From an uncultured Actinomyces sp. (GTDB taxonomy: Bacteria > Actinomycetota > Actinomycetes > Actinomycetales > Actinomycetaceae): a stretch of DNA of 40,177 nucleotides. The position numbers and the translations under genes were made by a program. Where the stretch lies: contig CACYEE010000041.1 of assembly GCA_902773415.1 (NCBI GenBank), positions 1 through 40,177 of the forward strand. Reading direction: 5' to 3'. Below, one piece after another: positions 9,434 through 19,459 of the stretch. Position 1 is the first letter of the stretch. Each line of letters opens with the position of its first letter. The notes beneath the pieces were generated by a model, which was given only the letters and a program-made list of their open reading frames with translations, was not told the DNA's origin and ran no database searches.

Positions 9434-10564
9434 CTAGTTCGGCTGGATGCCAAGCGACCGGCCGGCGATTGCGCGGGCGCGGTGGGAGAGCTGCCGGGCG
9501 ACGTTGCGCAGGGCGAGCTGGGCGGGAGAATCGCCTTCGGCACCGGCCCACGGCGTCCCGGCGTCTGCGCCTTCGCGAATCTCGACTTCGATGGGAATCT
9601 GGCCGAGCACGGGAACGTTGTAGCCGAGTTCCGCGGACAGCTGCGCGGCGACGCGGCCGCCGCCGCCTTCGCCGAAGATGCGGTTCTTCGAGCCGTCGGG
9701 CATGGCGAGGTAGCTCATGTTTTCGATGACGCCGACGACGCGCTGGCCCGTCTGCTTGGCGAGCTGGCCGGAACGTTCGGCAACCTCGGCGGCTGCGGCC
9801 TGCGGCGTCGTCACGATGACGACCTCGGAGCCGGGAATGAGCTGGGCGCAGGAAATGGCGACGTCGCCGGTGCCGGGGGGAAGGTCGAGGAGGAGGACGT
9901 CAAGGTCGCCCCAGTAGACGTCGGACAGGAACTGCTCGAGGGCGCGGTGCAGCATCGGGCCGCGCCAGACCACCGGGGTATTGTCGGGAACGAACATTCC
10001 GATGGAGATGACCTTCACGCCGTGGGCGACGGGGGCAATGATCATGTTCTCCCGCTGGGTCGCCGGCTGTTCGACGCCAAGCATCCGGGGAATGGAGAAG
10101 CCGTAGATGTCGGCGTCGACAATGCCCACCTTGAGGCCTTCGCCAGCCATCGCCACGGCGAGGTTCGCGGTCATCGAGGACTTGCCGACGCCGCCCTTGC
10201 CGGAGGCGATGGCGTAGACGCGGGTGAGGCTGCCTTCCTGGGCGAAGGGGATGGCGCGGGGGAGTTCGCCGCCGCGGAGCTTCGCCTTGAGCGCGGCGCG
10301 CTGCCCGTCGTCCATCGATCCCATCTCGACGTCGACCTTGCCGACGCCTTCGAGGGCCGACAGCGTGTTCCTCACGTCGCCTTCGATGGAATGCGCAAGA
10401 GGGCATCCGGCGATGGTCAGGAGAATCCTGGCGAATACGTTGCCCTCGTTGTCGACCGTCACTTCGTCGACCATGTCGAGGTCGGTGATGGGGCGCTTGA
10501 TTTCGGGATCGATGACGGCCGCGAGGGCTTCGCGAACTTGCTCGGGTGTAATCATGCATGCCAT
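9434..10564 (-). CDS. mrp: Mrp/NBP35/ApbC-family ATP-binding Fe-S cluster carrier protein
   Basis: N-terminal DUF59-like segment (VIDPEIKRPITDLDMV), a deviant Walker A (SGKGGVGKSS), and DADIYGFS. The start could instead be the second ATG, at 10555. Confidence 0.9.
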   Translation of the reverse strand: MACMITPEQVREALAAVIDPEIKRPITDLDMVDEVTVDNEGNVFARILLTIAGCPLAHSIEGDVRNTLSALEGVGKVDVEMGSMDDGQRAALKAKLRGGELPRAIPFAQEGSLTRVYAIASGKGGVGKSSMTANLAVAMAGEGLKVGIVDADIYGFSIPRMLGVEQPATQRENMIIAPVAHGVKVISIGMFVPDNTPVVWRGPMLHRALEQFLSDVYWGDLDVLLLDLPPGTGDVAISCAQLIPGSEVVIVTTPQAAAAEVAERSGQLAKQTGQRVVGVIENMSYLAMPDGSKNRIFGEGGGGRVAAQLSAELGYNVPVLGQIPIEVEIREGADAGTPWAGAEGDSPAQLALRNVARQLSHRARAIAGRSLGIQPN

Positions 10565-10652
10565 GCTACCGCCCCTATCGGACGCGGGCGAGAGGAAAAC
10601 GCTAGGCCAATGGCGTAACGGAGCCAGGCCGGGGCGTCCGGGGCCGTTCCCC

Positions 10653-11237
10653 TCACGGTTCCGAAGGCTCCGCGCCTTCCTCGCGCTGGACCTGGAGGCG
10701 TTCGAGCTCCGCGGTCAGCTCGGCAATCCTCTCGTCGCGCTCGGCAAGCCGCTCCTCGCGGTCCCGGTCGAATTCCTCGAGCACGCTGCGCAGCTCCGAA
10801 CGCACGAAGTCCCGGGTCGCGACTTCGCCGAGAAGCATGCGCAGGCTCGCGATTTCGCGCGTGAGGTATTCGGTATCGGCGAGGTTGCGTTCGGCGCGGC
10901 GCCGGTCCTGTTCGGCGAGCACGCGGTCCCGGTCGTCCTGCCGGTTCTGGGCGAGAAGAATCAGGGGCGCGGAATAGGAGGCCTGCGTCGAGAAGGCGAG
11001 GTTGAGAAGAATGAACGGGTAGGGATCCCATGCGTATTTCTTCGAGGCGGCCGCGAGCGCGAGATTGGCCGCAATCCATGCGATGACGAAAATCGTCATG
11101 TAGAGAAGGAACCTGGGCGAACCCATGAACCGTGCGGTCGCCTCGGCGAACCGTCCGAAGGAGTCGCTGTCCTTGCGCCTGCGGTGGCGGATGCGTCCGG
11201 GCCCGGTACGCTCGAGCGGCTGGTCGAAGCTAGACAT
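10653..11237 (-). CDS. DUF1003 membrane protein
   Basis: Two TM segments with the conserved DPYPFILLNLAFSTQASYSAPLILLAQNRQ block, followed by a coiled-coil C-terminus. Its start overlaps the upstream gene by 8 nt. Confidence 0.8.
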   Translation of the reverse strand: MSSFDQPLERTGPGRIRHRRRKDSDSFGRFAEATARFMGSPRFLLYMTIFVIAWIAANLALAAASKKYAWDPYPFILLNLAFSTQASYSAPLILLAQNRQDDRDRVLAEQDRRRAERNLADTEYLTREIASLRMLLGEVATRDFVRSELRSVLEEFDRDREERLAERDERIAELTAELERLQVQREEGAEPSEP

Positions 11238-12495
11238 GCTGGGCCTCCACGATCTCGTCGGTCACTTCGTCGTCGGCGTCGCGCCAGTCCTCGGGAAGGA
11301 GGTGGTCGAGCACGTCGTCGACGGAGACGGCGCCGAGCAGGGCCCCGTCCTTGTCGACGACGGCGATCGCGGTCAGGTCGTAGGTGGCGAGCAGGCGGGT
11401 GACGGTCCCGATGCCGTCGTCGGGCTTGACGTGTTCGACGTCCGTGTCGAGAATCGAGCCGATCATCGTCGAGGGAGGCTCGCGCAGGAGCCTTTGGATA
11501 TGGGCGACGCCGAGGAAGCGGCCGGTGGGGCTTTCGAGGGGAGGCCGGCAGACGAACATGATGGCGGCCAGCGCGGGCGGAATGTCGGCACGGCGGGCCG
11601 CGGCGAGCGCTTCGGCGACCGTGTGGTCGGGGGCGAGGATGATCGGTTCGGTCGTCATGAGGCCGCCGGCGGCACGTTCGTCGTATTCGAGGAGGCGGCG
11701 GATGTCCTCGGCCTCGTCGGGCTCCATCATGTCGAGCAGTTCGGCGGCCTGCTGCGTGGGAAGCTCGGCCACGAGATCGGCGGCGTCGTCGGGGCTCATG
11801 ACGTCGAGAACGCCGGCGGCGCGTTCGGGGGAGAGGTAGGACAGGACCTGCACCTGGTCGTCTTCGTTGAGTTCTTCGAGGACGTCGGCGAGCATTTCGT
11901 CGGTCATGGCGATGGCGACGGCCCGCTGGCGGTCCGCGGGCAGGTCCTGGAAGACGTCGGCGACGTCGGCGGGCTTCATCTCGCGCAGCTGGGCGAGAAG
12001 CGTGTCGGCGCCCTGATTGTAGAGGGTGTCCTGAAGGCCGGAGGTTTCGGCGACCTTGACGGTGAGGGAGCGTTGCCCGCCGCTGGCATGCTTGTCGGTG
12101 CGCACGTAGAGGGTCGTGAGCTTCCATTCGCGCCCGCGTCCCCGTTCGATTGCGGCGTCGACGACAATCGCGCTTTCCTGGGAAGGACGCAGAAGGACCG
12201 TGCGTTCGAGAAGCTGGGAGAGGACGAGGGTTTCGCCCGGGCGCTGGGCGAAGCGGCGGAAGTTGACGAGGCCGGTCGTGATGACCTGCCCCCCTTCGAT
12301 GGAGGTGACGCGCGTAAGGGGAAGGAAGACGCGCCTGCGTCCGGCGACTTCGACGACGAGGCCGACGGCGAGCGGTTCGCCCTTGAGGCGGAAAAGGACG
12401 ACGACGTCGTGCACGGAACCCACGCGGTCGCCGATGGGGTCGAAGACGGGGGTTCCGGCCAGGCGTGCGGCGTAGACAAGAGAGGAACGGGCCAT
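11230..12495 (-). CDS. PRC-barrel / MgtE N-terminal / CBS-pair protein lacking the MgtE membrane domain
   Basis: ATG 12495 has a GGAGG SD. It contains a PRC-like N-terminus, an MgtE_N helical acidic repeat region (DVFQDLPADRQ...LSPERAAGVLDVMSPDDAADL), then a CBS pair, and has no TM segment. The track ORF starts at 12657 without support. Confidence 0.8.
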   Translation of the reverse strand: MARSSLVYAARLAGTPVFDPIGDRVGSVHDVVVLFRLKGEPLAVGLVVEVAGRRRVFLPLTRVTSIEGGQVITTGLVNFRRFAQRPGETLVLSQLLERTVLLRPSQESAIVVDAAIERGRGREWKLTTLYVRTDKHASGGQRSLTVKVAETSGLQDTLYNQGADTLLAQLREMKPADVADVFQDLPADRQRAVAIAMTDEMLADVLEELNEDDQVQVLSYLSPERAAGVLDVMSPDDAADLVAELPTQQAAELLDMMEPDEAEDIRRLLEYDERAAGGLMTTEPIILAPDHTVAEALAAARRADIPPALAAIMFVCRPPLESPTGRFLGVAHIQRLLREPPSTMIGSILDTDVEHVKPDDGIGTVTRLLATYDLTAIAVVDKDGALLGAVSVDDVLDHLLPEDWRDADDEVTDEIVEAQHV

Positions 12496-12706
12496 GTGAG
12501 CCTCCTTACCGTGGGAGTTCGGGCGGTGTCTTCCGTGTCCGCGGAGCGCCGCCTGCCTCATCTTAGCCCGTTCGGGCGAGGCGTTTGCGGTGTCCCGGTG
12601 CTTTCCGTTTGCGCCTGGCTCGCGGACGCCCGCGTCGGACAGGGGCGCGGCGCCCACGGTACGGAACCGTGCGCGAAGCGGGGACGAGGCGCGCTAGGGT
12701 GGCCGC

Positions 12707-13606
12707 ATGAGCAACACAGTTCCCGCACGCGCTTTCGGATCCGTCGCCGTCGCGATGGTCACTCCCTTCCACGAGGACGGCTCGCTCGACATCGACGCCG
12801 CCGTCTGCCTCGCGAACAAGCTGGTCGACGACGGCTGCGACGCCGTCCTCCTGTCGGGCACGACCGGCGAGTCGCCCACCACCCACCAGCCGGAGAAGGA
12901 CGAACTCACCGCCGAGGTCGTCAAGGCTGTCGGAGACCGCGCAATGGTCTTCGCCGGCGCGGGCTCGAACGATACCGCCCACGCGGTGCGCATCGCCGAA
13001 GGAGCCGAGCGCTGCGGCGCCGACGGGCTGCTCGTCGTCGCCCCCTACTACAACCGTCCTTCCCAGGAGGGCGTCTACCAGCACGTCATCGCCGTCACCG
13101 AAGCCGCCGAGCTTCCCGTCATGGTCTACGACATCCCCGGCCGAACCGGCGTCAGGATCGAGCTTGACACCCTCAAGCGACTGGCCGAACACGAGCGCAT
13201 CGTCGCCGTCAAGGACGCCACCGGCGACGTCGCCGCCGGATTCCGCAAGATGCAGGAAACCGGCCTCGAATACTACTCGGGCGACGACGCCCTCAACTTC
13301 GCCTGGCTCGCCCACGGCGCTTCCGGCGTCGTCTCCGTCGCCGGACACGTCATTGCCGCAGGCCTTCGCCGCCTCGTCCAGGAAGTCGACGCGGGCGACC
13401 TCGACGCCGCCCGCGCCGAACAGCTCGCGCAGATGCCCGTCATCCAGGCGATCATGGGCGGAGGCCAGGGGGCAGTCATGGCGAAGGAAGCCCTCAAGCT
13501 CGTCGGCGCGTTGCCTTCGGCCACCCTCCGTCTGCCGCTCGTCGGAGCCTCGCGCTCCGAACTGGCCGCGCTCGCGGACACCCTGCGTTCGGAAGGCCTC
13601 ATGTAG
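12707..13606 (+). CDS. dapA: 4-hydroxy-tetrahydrodipicolinate synthase
   Basis: Motifs [29 protein letters not shown], and the catalytic Lys context VAVKDATGD. Confidence 0.92.
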   Translation: MSNTVPARAFGSVAVAMVTPFHEDGSLDIDAAVCLANKLVDDGCDAVLLSGTTGESPTTHQPEKDELTAEVVKAVGDRAMVFAGAGSNDTAHAVRIAEGAERCGADGLLVVAPYYNRPSQEGVYQHVIAVTEAAELPVMVYDIPGRTGVRIELDTLKRLAEHERIVAVKDATGDVAAGFRKMQETGLEYYSGDDALNFAWLAHGASGVVSVAGHVIAAGLRRLVQEVDAGDLDAARAEQLAQMPVIQAIMGGGQGAVMAKEALKLVGALPSATLRLPLVGASRSELAALADTLRSEGLM

Positions 13607-13711
13607 CCTGCGCCGGGTCTTTCCCGTATCGTCGGGCGCTTCGCAGGCGTCGCCGGAAGCCGTCGCTTCGCCTGCGGGGACGAAAACCGAGACCGCCCGG
13701 ACATGCACGCC

Positions 13712-13736
13712 GACGCGCCCGAATCGCGGGCGCGTC
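13712..13736 (+). terminator. hairpin between dapA and rnj (terminator or rnj leader structure)
   Basis: GACGCGCCCG-AATCG-CGGGCGCGTC: a perfect 10-bp stem followed by CCGCTTTGCCC. It ends 25 nt upstream of the rnj start. Confidence 0.4.
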
Positions 13737-13761
13737 CCGCTTTGCCCGAAAGCATGGAAGA

Positions 13762-15468
13762 ATGGCACCCGTGACCGACAAGCAGAACGACACACAGACA
13801 CAGACGCCCGAACTCGCACCCGCCGCGGACGACGTCGTCCGCATCATTCCCCTTGGCGGGCTTGGAGAAGTGGGGCGCAACTGCAACATCTTCGAGCATC
13901 GAGGGCGCATCGTCGTCATCGACTGCGGCGTGCTTTTCCCCGAGGACCACCAGCCCGGCGTCGACCTTGTCCTTCCCGACCTCGACTACCTGGTCGAGAA
14001 CATCTCCCGCGTCGAAGCCATCGTGCTCACCCACGGCCACGAGGACCACATCGGTGCCGTGCCCTACCTCCTGCGCCACAGGCCCGACATTCCGATCGTC
14101 GGCTCGCCGCTGACCGTCGCCTTCGTCGAGGCCAAGCTCGCCGAACACAAGATCGCCCCTCGTTGCCTCGTTGTCCACGAGGGCGACGTCGAGAACGTCG
14201 GCCCCTTCGAGATGGAGTTCATCGCCGTCAACCACTCGGTGCCCGACGCCCTCGCCGTCTTCGTGCGCACCGAGGAAGGCAACATCTTCGTCACCGGCGA
14301 CTTCAAGATCGACCAGCTTCCCGTCGACGACCGCCTCACCGACCTGCGCGCTTTCGCCCGCGTCGGCGAGGAAGGCGTGGACGTCTTCATGTGCGACTCG
14401 ACGAACGCCGAGCATCCGGGCTTCATCCGGCCCGAAACCGAGATCGGCCCCGTCATCGACGACGTGATCGCGCGGGCGACGGGGCAGGTCGTCGTCGCCT
14501 CCTTCGCTTCCCATGTCCATCGCGTGCAGCAGGTGCTCGACGCCGCCGCGAAGAACGGCCGCAAGGTCGCCTTCGTCGGGCGTTCGATGGTGAGAAACAT
14601 GGCGATTGCCGAGAGGCTTGGCTACCTTGGCATTCCCGACGGAACCGTGGTCGAACTCGGCGAGATGAAGCAACTGCCTGCCAACGAGCGCGTCTACATG
14701 TCCACCGGAAGCCAGGGCGAGCCGATGGCCGTGCTTTCTCGCATTGCCCGCACCTCCCACAAGCAGATTTCCGTCGGCCCCGGCGATACGGTCATCTTCG
14801 CTTCCTCCCTGATTCCCGGCAACGAGAATTCCGTCTACCGCGTCATCAACGGCCTTATGAAGCTCGGAGCGAAGGTGGTCCATCAGGGCAACGCCTCCGT
14901 GCACGTGTCCGGACATGCGGCCGAAGGCGAACTGCTCTACGCCTACAACATTCTCCAGCCGGCCTACGCCTTCCCGATTCACGGGGAGGTTCGCCACCAG
15001 GTGGCCAACGGCGCGATCGCGGTCAAGACGGGCGTGGAGCCGGAAAACGTCATCCTTGCCGAAAACGGCTCGGTCGTCGACATGCACGACGGCCAGGCGC
15101 GGATTGTCGGCCGGATTTCCTTCCACAACATCTACGTCGACGGATCGTCCGTGGGCGACCTCGTCGAGGACGACCTCAAGGACCGCCGCACGCTGTCCTC
15201 CGAAGGCTTTGTCGCGATCTTCGCCGTCGTCGATTCCAAGGCGCGCGCGATCGTCGCCGGCCCGCACATCCAGGCTCGCGCCATGGCCGAGGACGACACC
15301 GTTTTCGACGCGATTCTTCCCGATGTCGCCCAGGCGCTCCAGGCCGCCCTCGACGAAGGCCAGGATTGCTACGGCATGCAGCAGGCGATGCGAAGGGTCA
15401 TCGGCCGCTGGGCGTCGCGGAGCCTGCGGCGCGGCCCGATGATCATCCCGACCGTTGTGGAGATCTGA
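13762..15468 (+). CDS. rnj: ribonuclease J
   Basis: Metallo-beta-lactamase/beta-CASP motifs: [29 protein letters not shown] and VSGHA. In-frame GTG 13771 is an alternative start. Confidence 0.92.
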   Translation: MAPVTDKQNDTQTQTPELAPAADDVVRIIPLGGLGEVGRNCNIFEHRGRIVVIDCGVLFPEDHQPGVDLVLPDLDYLVENISRVEAIVLTHGHEDHIGAVPYLLRHRPDIPIVGSPLTVAFVEAKLAEHKIAPRCLVVHEGDVENVGPFEMEFIAVNHSVPDALAVFVRTEEGNIFVTGDFKIDQLPVDDRLTDLRAFARVGEEGVDVFMCDSTNAEHPGFIRPETEIGPVIDDVIARATGQVVVASFASHVHRVQQVLDAAAKNGRKVAFVGRSMVRNMAIAERLGYLGIPDGTVVELGEMKQLPANERVYMSTGSQGEPMAVLSRIARTSHKQISVGPGDTVIFASSLIPGNENSVYRVINGLMKLGAKVVHQGNASVHVSGHAAEGELLYAYNILQPAYAFPIHGEVRHQVANGAIAVKTGVEPENVILAENGSVVDMHDGQARIVGRISFHNIYVDGSSVGDLVEDDLKDRRTLSSEGFVAIFAVVDSKARAIVAGPHIQARAMAEDDTVFDAILPDVAQALQAALDEGQDCYGMQQAMRRVIGRWASRSLRRGPMIIPTVVEI

Positions 15469-15484
15469 CCTTCGCGCTGGACGC

Positions 15485-15521
15485 TCCCTCCCGTTTGGGG
15501 ACGGGCCCCAAACGGGAGGGA
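15485..15521 (+). terminator. strong hairpin downstream of rnj
   Basis: Perfect 16-bp stem: TCCCTCCCGTTTGGGG pairs with CCCCAAACGGGAGGGA, with a 5-nt loop. It starts 17 nt after the rnj stop. Confidence 0.65.
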
Positions 15522-15662
15522 TCGCCGGGGCTGGCCGCGGCGCCGGAGATCGGCAGGAGAAACCCCACACGGAACCTGGCCGCGGCGCGTCTCCGCAAGG
15601 AACATGACGCCTTCCCGATACCGTTGTGTACTGTGAGTACGTCTGTGTCCGGGAGGAAAAAA

Positions 15663-18623
15663 GTGGCATCCGAGAGGAAGCCGGGCCGTTCGGGGAACCG
15701 CGGAGCCGGCAGGGCCAGAGGCAGGCAGGCACCGCCTCCGGCTCAGGCAACGGTGCGCCGCGACGGAATCGCACTTGCCTTCATCGCCCTCGCGATCATC
15801 GTCGCGCTGCGCGAATGGGCCGGGCTCTCGGGAATCCTCGGAGGAGTCATCCACCATGCCACCGCAGGGCTTGTGGGCTGGCTGTCGCTGTTCGTTCCCG
15901 TCGTTTTCGCCCTGGTGGCCTTCACGTTCTTCCGGGCCAAAGGGGCGGCGGAAACAAGCCGCCGCGTCGTGGTTGCCATCGTGCTCATCGTCGCCGCGGT
16001 GGCGGGCATCCTTCATGTCGTCATCAAGCCGGTTTCCCCGGTCGAGAACATTGCCGGGGTCGAGGGTGCGGGCGGCCTGGTCGGCTGGGCCGCCGGAGGC
16101 TCCCTGATGGAACTCGTTTCGCAGTGGGGCGCGATTCCCGTTCTCGTCCTCGTCGTCGTCTGGTCGCTGCTGTACGCGACCGACACTCCCGTCCATGCGA
16201 TCTACGAAAGGATTCGCGCCGCCCTGGAACGCGACCCCTATGACGACGGCCATGACGAGCCTGTCGCGAACCGGGGAGCCTCCGCCTCCGTCCCCTACGA
16301 CACGGACCGCGGATACGACGAGGATCCGAAGGGAACCCGCAAGAGGATCAGCCGCTGGCGCGCGGTGGACGCGGATCGGGAAGCAACGCAGATTCTTCCG
16401 TCTTCCGGGAGCGAGATCGAGCCTGCGGAAGGCGACGATTACGCCCGTGCGGCACTCGAGGACCACAAGCGCCTGGGACGCAAGCCGTCTCGGTTTGCCC
16501 GGAAGAACGGCGCGGACAAGGAGACCGAAGCCGTTCCCGACACGGCGGTGCCCTCCGCGCGGACCCCCGAACCTGCCGCGCAGGCAGGCAGCGGGCCGGC
16601 TGCGCCTGCCGCCGCGCAGCAGCTCGTGCTCGACCCGAACATCGCCTACGAGCTTCCGTCGCCGGCCAACCTCAAGACCGGCGCGGCCCATGCCGCGCGT
16701 ACCGCAGCGAACGATCGCGTTGTCGGCCAGCTTCAGCAGGTATTCTCCGATTTCAGCATCAACGCCCAGGTGGTCGGCTTCTCCCGCGGCCCCACCGTCA
16801 CCCAGTACGAGGTCGAGCTCGGCCCCGGCGTCAAGGTCGACAAGATCTCCAACCTGTCGAAGAACATCGCCTATGCCGTAGCCTCCGCAGATGTCCGCAT
16901 CATCTCGCCGATTCCCGGAAAGAGCGCAATCGGCATCGAGATCCCCAATTCCGATCGCGAAACCGTGCTTCTCGGCGATGTCCTGCGTTCCGACGTCGCG
17001 ACGAAGGCAACGCATCCGTTGACGATCGGCGTCGGCAAGAACGTCGAAGGCAAATTCGTCGTCGCGAACCTCGCGAAGATGCCGCATCTGCTCGTCGCGG
17101 GGGCCACGGGCGCCGGAAAGTCCTCGTTCATCAACTCGATGATCACGTCGGTCATGATGCGCGCGACGCCCGACGAGGTCCGCATGATCCTCGTCGATCC
17201 CAAGCGCGTGGAGCTCACGATCTACGCGGGCATTCCGCACCTGATCACCCCGATCATCACGAACCCGAAGAAGGCCGCCGAAGCCCTTGAGTGGGTCGTC
17301 AAGGAGATGGATGCGCGCTACGACGACATGGCCGCCTACCATTTCAAGAACATCGACGACTTCAACGCCGCCGTGCGCTCGGGCAAGGTCACGGCGCACG
17401 ACGAAAACCGCACGCTCCAGCCCTATCCGTACCTTCTCGTCGTCGTCGACGAGCTTGCCGACATGATGATGGTCGCTCCGAAGGACGTCGAGGCCTCCAT
17501 CCAGCGCATCACCCAGCTTGCGCGCGCCGCGGGAATCCACCTGGTGCTCGCCACCCAGCGGCCTTCGGTCGATGTCGTGACGGGCCTCGTCAAGTCGAAC
17601 ATTCCGTCGCGTCTGGCCTTCATGACGTCCTCGTTTGTCGATTCAAAGACGATTCTCGACATGGGCGGCGCCGAGAAGCTCATCGGCCAGGGCGATGCCC
17701 TGTTCTCTCCCGCCGGCGCGAAGCCGATTCGCTTGCAGGGAGCCTGGGTCGACGAGGAGGAGATCGAAGCCGTCGTCGCCTCCTGCAAGAGGCAGCTCCA
17801 GCCGGTCTACCGCGAGGACTTCGAGGATATCCAGAAGGCGAAGAAGCAGCGCGAGAACATCGGCGAGGACCTGGAGATTCTTCTTCAGGCGGCGGAAATC
17901 GTCGTGACGACCCAGCTCGGCTCGACGTCGATGCTTCAGCGAAAGCTCCGGATCGGCTTCGCAAAGGCCGGCCGCATGATGGATCTCCTCGAACAGTACG
18001 AGGTGGTCGGCCCCTCGCAGGGGTCGAAGGCCCGTGACGTCCTCGTGCCTCCTGAAGGCCTCGATGCCGCGCTGGCGATGCTGCGCGGCGAAGACGTGTC
18101 CCCGGCCGAGACCGGCGACGGCGATGCGGAGATTGCCGCAGCCGGGGCTGGCGAGGAAGCGGCAGACAGTCTCGGTTCCGGCGTCGGCGCGGATGGCGTT
18201 CGCGCCGACGCCGATTCCCGGGATTCCGATTTCGGCAGGCAGGAGCTGGTCGAGGCCGACGAAAGGGAGTCCGCGCCGAAGGCCGACGGGGTTTTCGGGA
18301 CCGGCGGCCAGACGCCCTCGGGCACCGGCCCGGTCGGTTTCCTTCCGGCGGAACCGCAGCAGACCCGGCCCCTTGCCGTCTCCTTCCCGAAGGTTCGCGC
18401 AGACGAGGGCGGGGCGGAACCCGATTCTGCACGCCATCCGGGCGCATCGGAAAGCGACAGTCGGGGATTCGCACCGGAAATGCCCCGCGCGTTCCTTGAC
18501 CGCTACGCGCGCGACCCTCTCAAGGATCCGAAGTCGGATGCGGATGCCTGGTTCGAGGCGATCCCGGGCGAAGAAGCCGACGAGGACGCCTGGCAGCTGA
18601 CGGGGCGGCGCGACGACTTCTGA
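15663..18623 (+). CDS. ftsK: DNA translocase FtsK
   Basis: GTG 15663 has GGGAGG 6 nt upstream. The protein has N-terminal TM helices, a Pro/Ala-rich linker, a motor domain (Walker [10 protein letters not shown], Walker [13 protein letters not shown]) and a gamma/winged-helix region ([21 protein letters not shown]), plus a long acidic tail. The track ORF 13164..18623 upstream of 15663 is a read-through artefact. Confidence 0.9.
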   Translation: MASERKPGRSGNRGAGRARGRQAPPPAQATVRRDGIALAFIALAIIVALREWAGLSGILGGVIHHATAGLVGWLSLFVPVVFALVAFTFFRAKGAAETSRRVVVAIVLIVAAVAGILHVVIKPVSPVENIAGVEGAGGLVGWAAGGSLMELVSQWGAIPVLVLVVVWSLLYATDTPVHAIYERIRAALERDPYDDGHDEPVANRGASASVPYDTDRGYDEDPKGTRKRISRWRAVDADREATQILPSSGSEIEPAEGDDYARAALEDHKRLGRKPSRFARKNGADKETEAVPDTAVPSARTPEPAAQAGSGPAAPAAAQQLVLDPNIAYELPSPANLKTGAAHAARTAANDRVVGQLQQVFSDFSINAQVVGFSRGPTVTQYEVELGPGVKVDKISNLSKNIAYAVASADVRIISPIPGKSAIGIEIPNSDRETVLLGDVLRSDVATKATHPLTIGVGKNVEGKFVVANLAKMPHLLVAGATGAGKSSFINSMITSVMMRATPDEVRMILVDPKRVELTIYAGIPHLITPIITNPKKAAEALEWVVKEMDARYDDMAAYHFKNIDDFNAAVRSGKVTAHDENRTLQPYPYLLVVVDELADMMMVAPKDVEASIQRITQLARAAGIHLVLATQRPSVDVVTGLVKSNIPSRLAFMTSSFVDSKTILDMGGAEKLIGQGDALFSPAGAKPIRLQGAWVDEEEIEAVVASCKRQLQPVYREDFEDIQKAKKQRENIGEDLEILLQAAEIVVTTQLGSTSMLQRKLRIGFAKAGRMMDLLEQYEVVGPSQGSKARDVLVPPEGLDAALAMLRGEDVSPAETGDGDAEIAAAGAGEEAADSLGSGVGADGVRADADSRDSDFGRQELVEADERESAPKADGVFGTGGQTPSGTGPVGFLPAEPQQTRPLAVSFPKVRADEGGAEPDSARHPGASESDSRGFAPEMPRAFLDRYARDPLKDPKSDADAWFEAIPGEEADEDAWQLTGRRDDF

Positions 18624-18637
18624 ACGCGCGGGCGCGT

Positions 18638-18655
18638 GCCGAAGATGCCTTCGGC
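18638..18655 (+). other. small hairpin in the ftsK-pgsA spacer
   Basis: GCCGAAG-ATGC-CTTCGGC: a 7-bp stem with no U-tract. Function unknown. Confidence 0.3.
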
Positions 18656-18679
18656 GGCAATGACCGTTAGGGTGGTGGC

Positions 18680-19273
18680 ATGACTTCTTCGCACGGCTCG
18701 GCCGGGGGGCCGCCTCTGCTCAATATCGCCAACGTTCTCACCGTGGTGCGGCTGGTGCTCGTTCCCGTGTTCGTCTGGGCCTACTGGAGCGACGCCCCGG
18801 GGCGTGCGGCTGTCGCCTTCGCGGTCTTTGCCCTCGCCGCGCTGACGGACAAGGCGGACGGCTACCTTGCGCGTTCGCGGAATCTCGTCACGAAGTTCGG
18901 GACGATGGCCGATACCATCGCCGACAAGGCCCTGATTGCCGCTGCGATGATCATGCTTTCATGGCATGGGCATCTGTGGTGGTGGGTGACCGTCGTCATG
19001 CTCGGACGCGAGGTTCTCATCTCGGTTCTCAAAATGACGATGGTGCGGTCGAAGGTCATTTCGGCCGCGCGGGGCGGAAAGATCAAGATGTTCCTCCAGT
19101 CGGTCGGAACGGGGATTCTTCTCCTTCCGTGGCGTTCCTGGCTTGAGGGGTGGCATTCGGAGGTTTTCATGTGGCTTGGCTACGCCTGCCTGGCCGTGGC
19201 GCTCTACTTTTCCGTGACCTCCGCATACGGCTATGTCGTGCAGGTCCGTGACATGCGCGATGATGGCGTCTAG
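18680..19273 (+). CDS. pgsA: CDP-diacylglycerol--glycerol-3-phosphate 3-phosphatidyltransferase
   Basis: CDP-alcohol phosphatidyltransferase motif D(K)ADGYLAR...GTMADTIADK, and a multi-TM architecture. Confidence 0.88.
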   Translation: MTSSHGSAGGPPLLNIANVLTVVRLVLVPVFVWAYWSDAPGRAAVAFAVFALAALTDKADGYLARSRNLVTKFGTMADTIADKALIAAAMIMLSWHGHLWWWVTVVMLGREVLISVLKMTMVRSKVISAARGGKIKMFLQSVGTGILLLPWRSWLEGWHSEVFMWLGYACLAVALYFSVTSAYGYVVQVRDMRDDGV

Positions 19274-19288
19274 GCGCATTGCCGGAGA

Positions 19289-19311
19289 GGGGAGGAATCC
19301 CCGCGTTTTTT
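19289..19311 (+). terminator. intrinsic terminator of pgsA
   Basis: GGGGA-GGAA-TCCCC (GNRA-type loop), then GCG and TTTTTT, starting 16 nt after the pgsA stop. The stem is only 5 bp. Confidence 0.55.
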
Positions 19312-19459
19312 CAGGTTGGGCGAATCTCAGGATTTTTTCAGGCATCCGCGCAACAATGGTAGCCGTGGCCGAAGTTGAGCCGAGGCGACTCAAGATGCCA
19401 AGGTCACGCTGCGAGCGGGAATACGGATTTCCCGGTTCGCGTTGTTGGGAGTGATGAAC

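Noticed and set aside
11125-13167. 680-aa plus-strand ORF across the MgtE_N/CBS gene and dapA
   Set aside because: It is antisense to the CBS-domain gene and out of frame with dapA, with no recognisable domains.
15531-15588. 13-bp direct repeat CTGGCCGCGGCGC (15531 and 15576) in the rnj-ftsK spacer
   Set aside because: It is a short, extremely GC-rich repeat that could arise by chance in this composition, and it is not associated with any structure or gene boundary.
13164-15662. Upstream 2.5 kb of the 1819-aa track ORF that ends as FtsK
   Set aside because: This part runs out of frame through the dapA 3' end and all of rnj, and translates to Pro/Arg/Ser-rich sequence. A GTG with a GGGAGG SD at 15663 gives a normal FtsK N-terminus with TM helices.
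13273-17540. 833-aa and 723-aa minus-strand ORFs (13273..15774 and 15369..17540)
   Set aside because: They are antisense to rnj and ftsK, with low-complexity Gly/Asp/Arg/Val-rich translations and no motifs.
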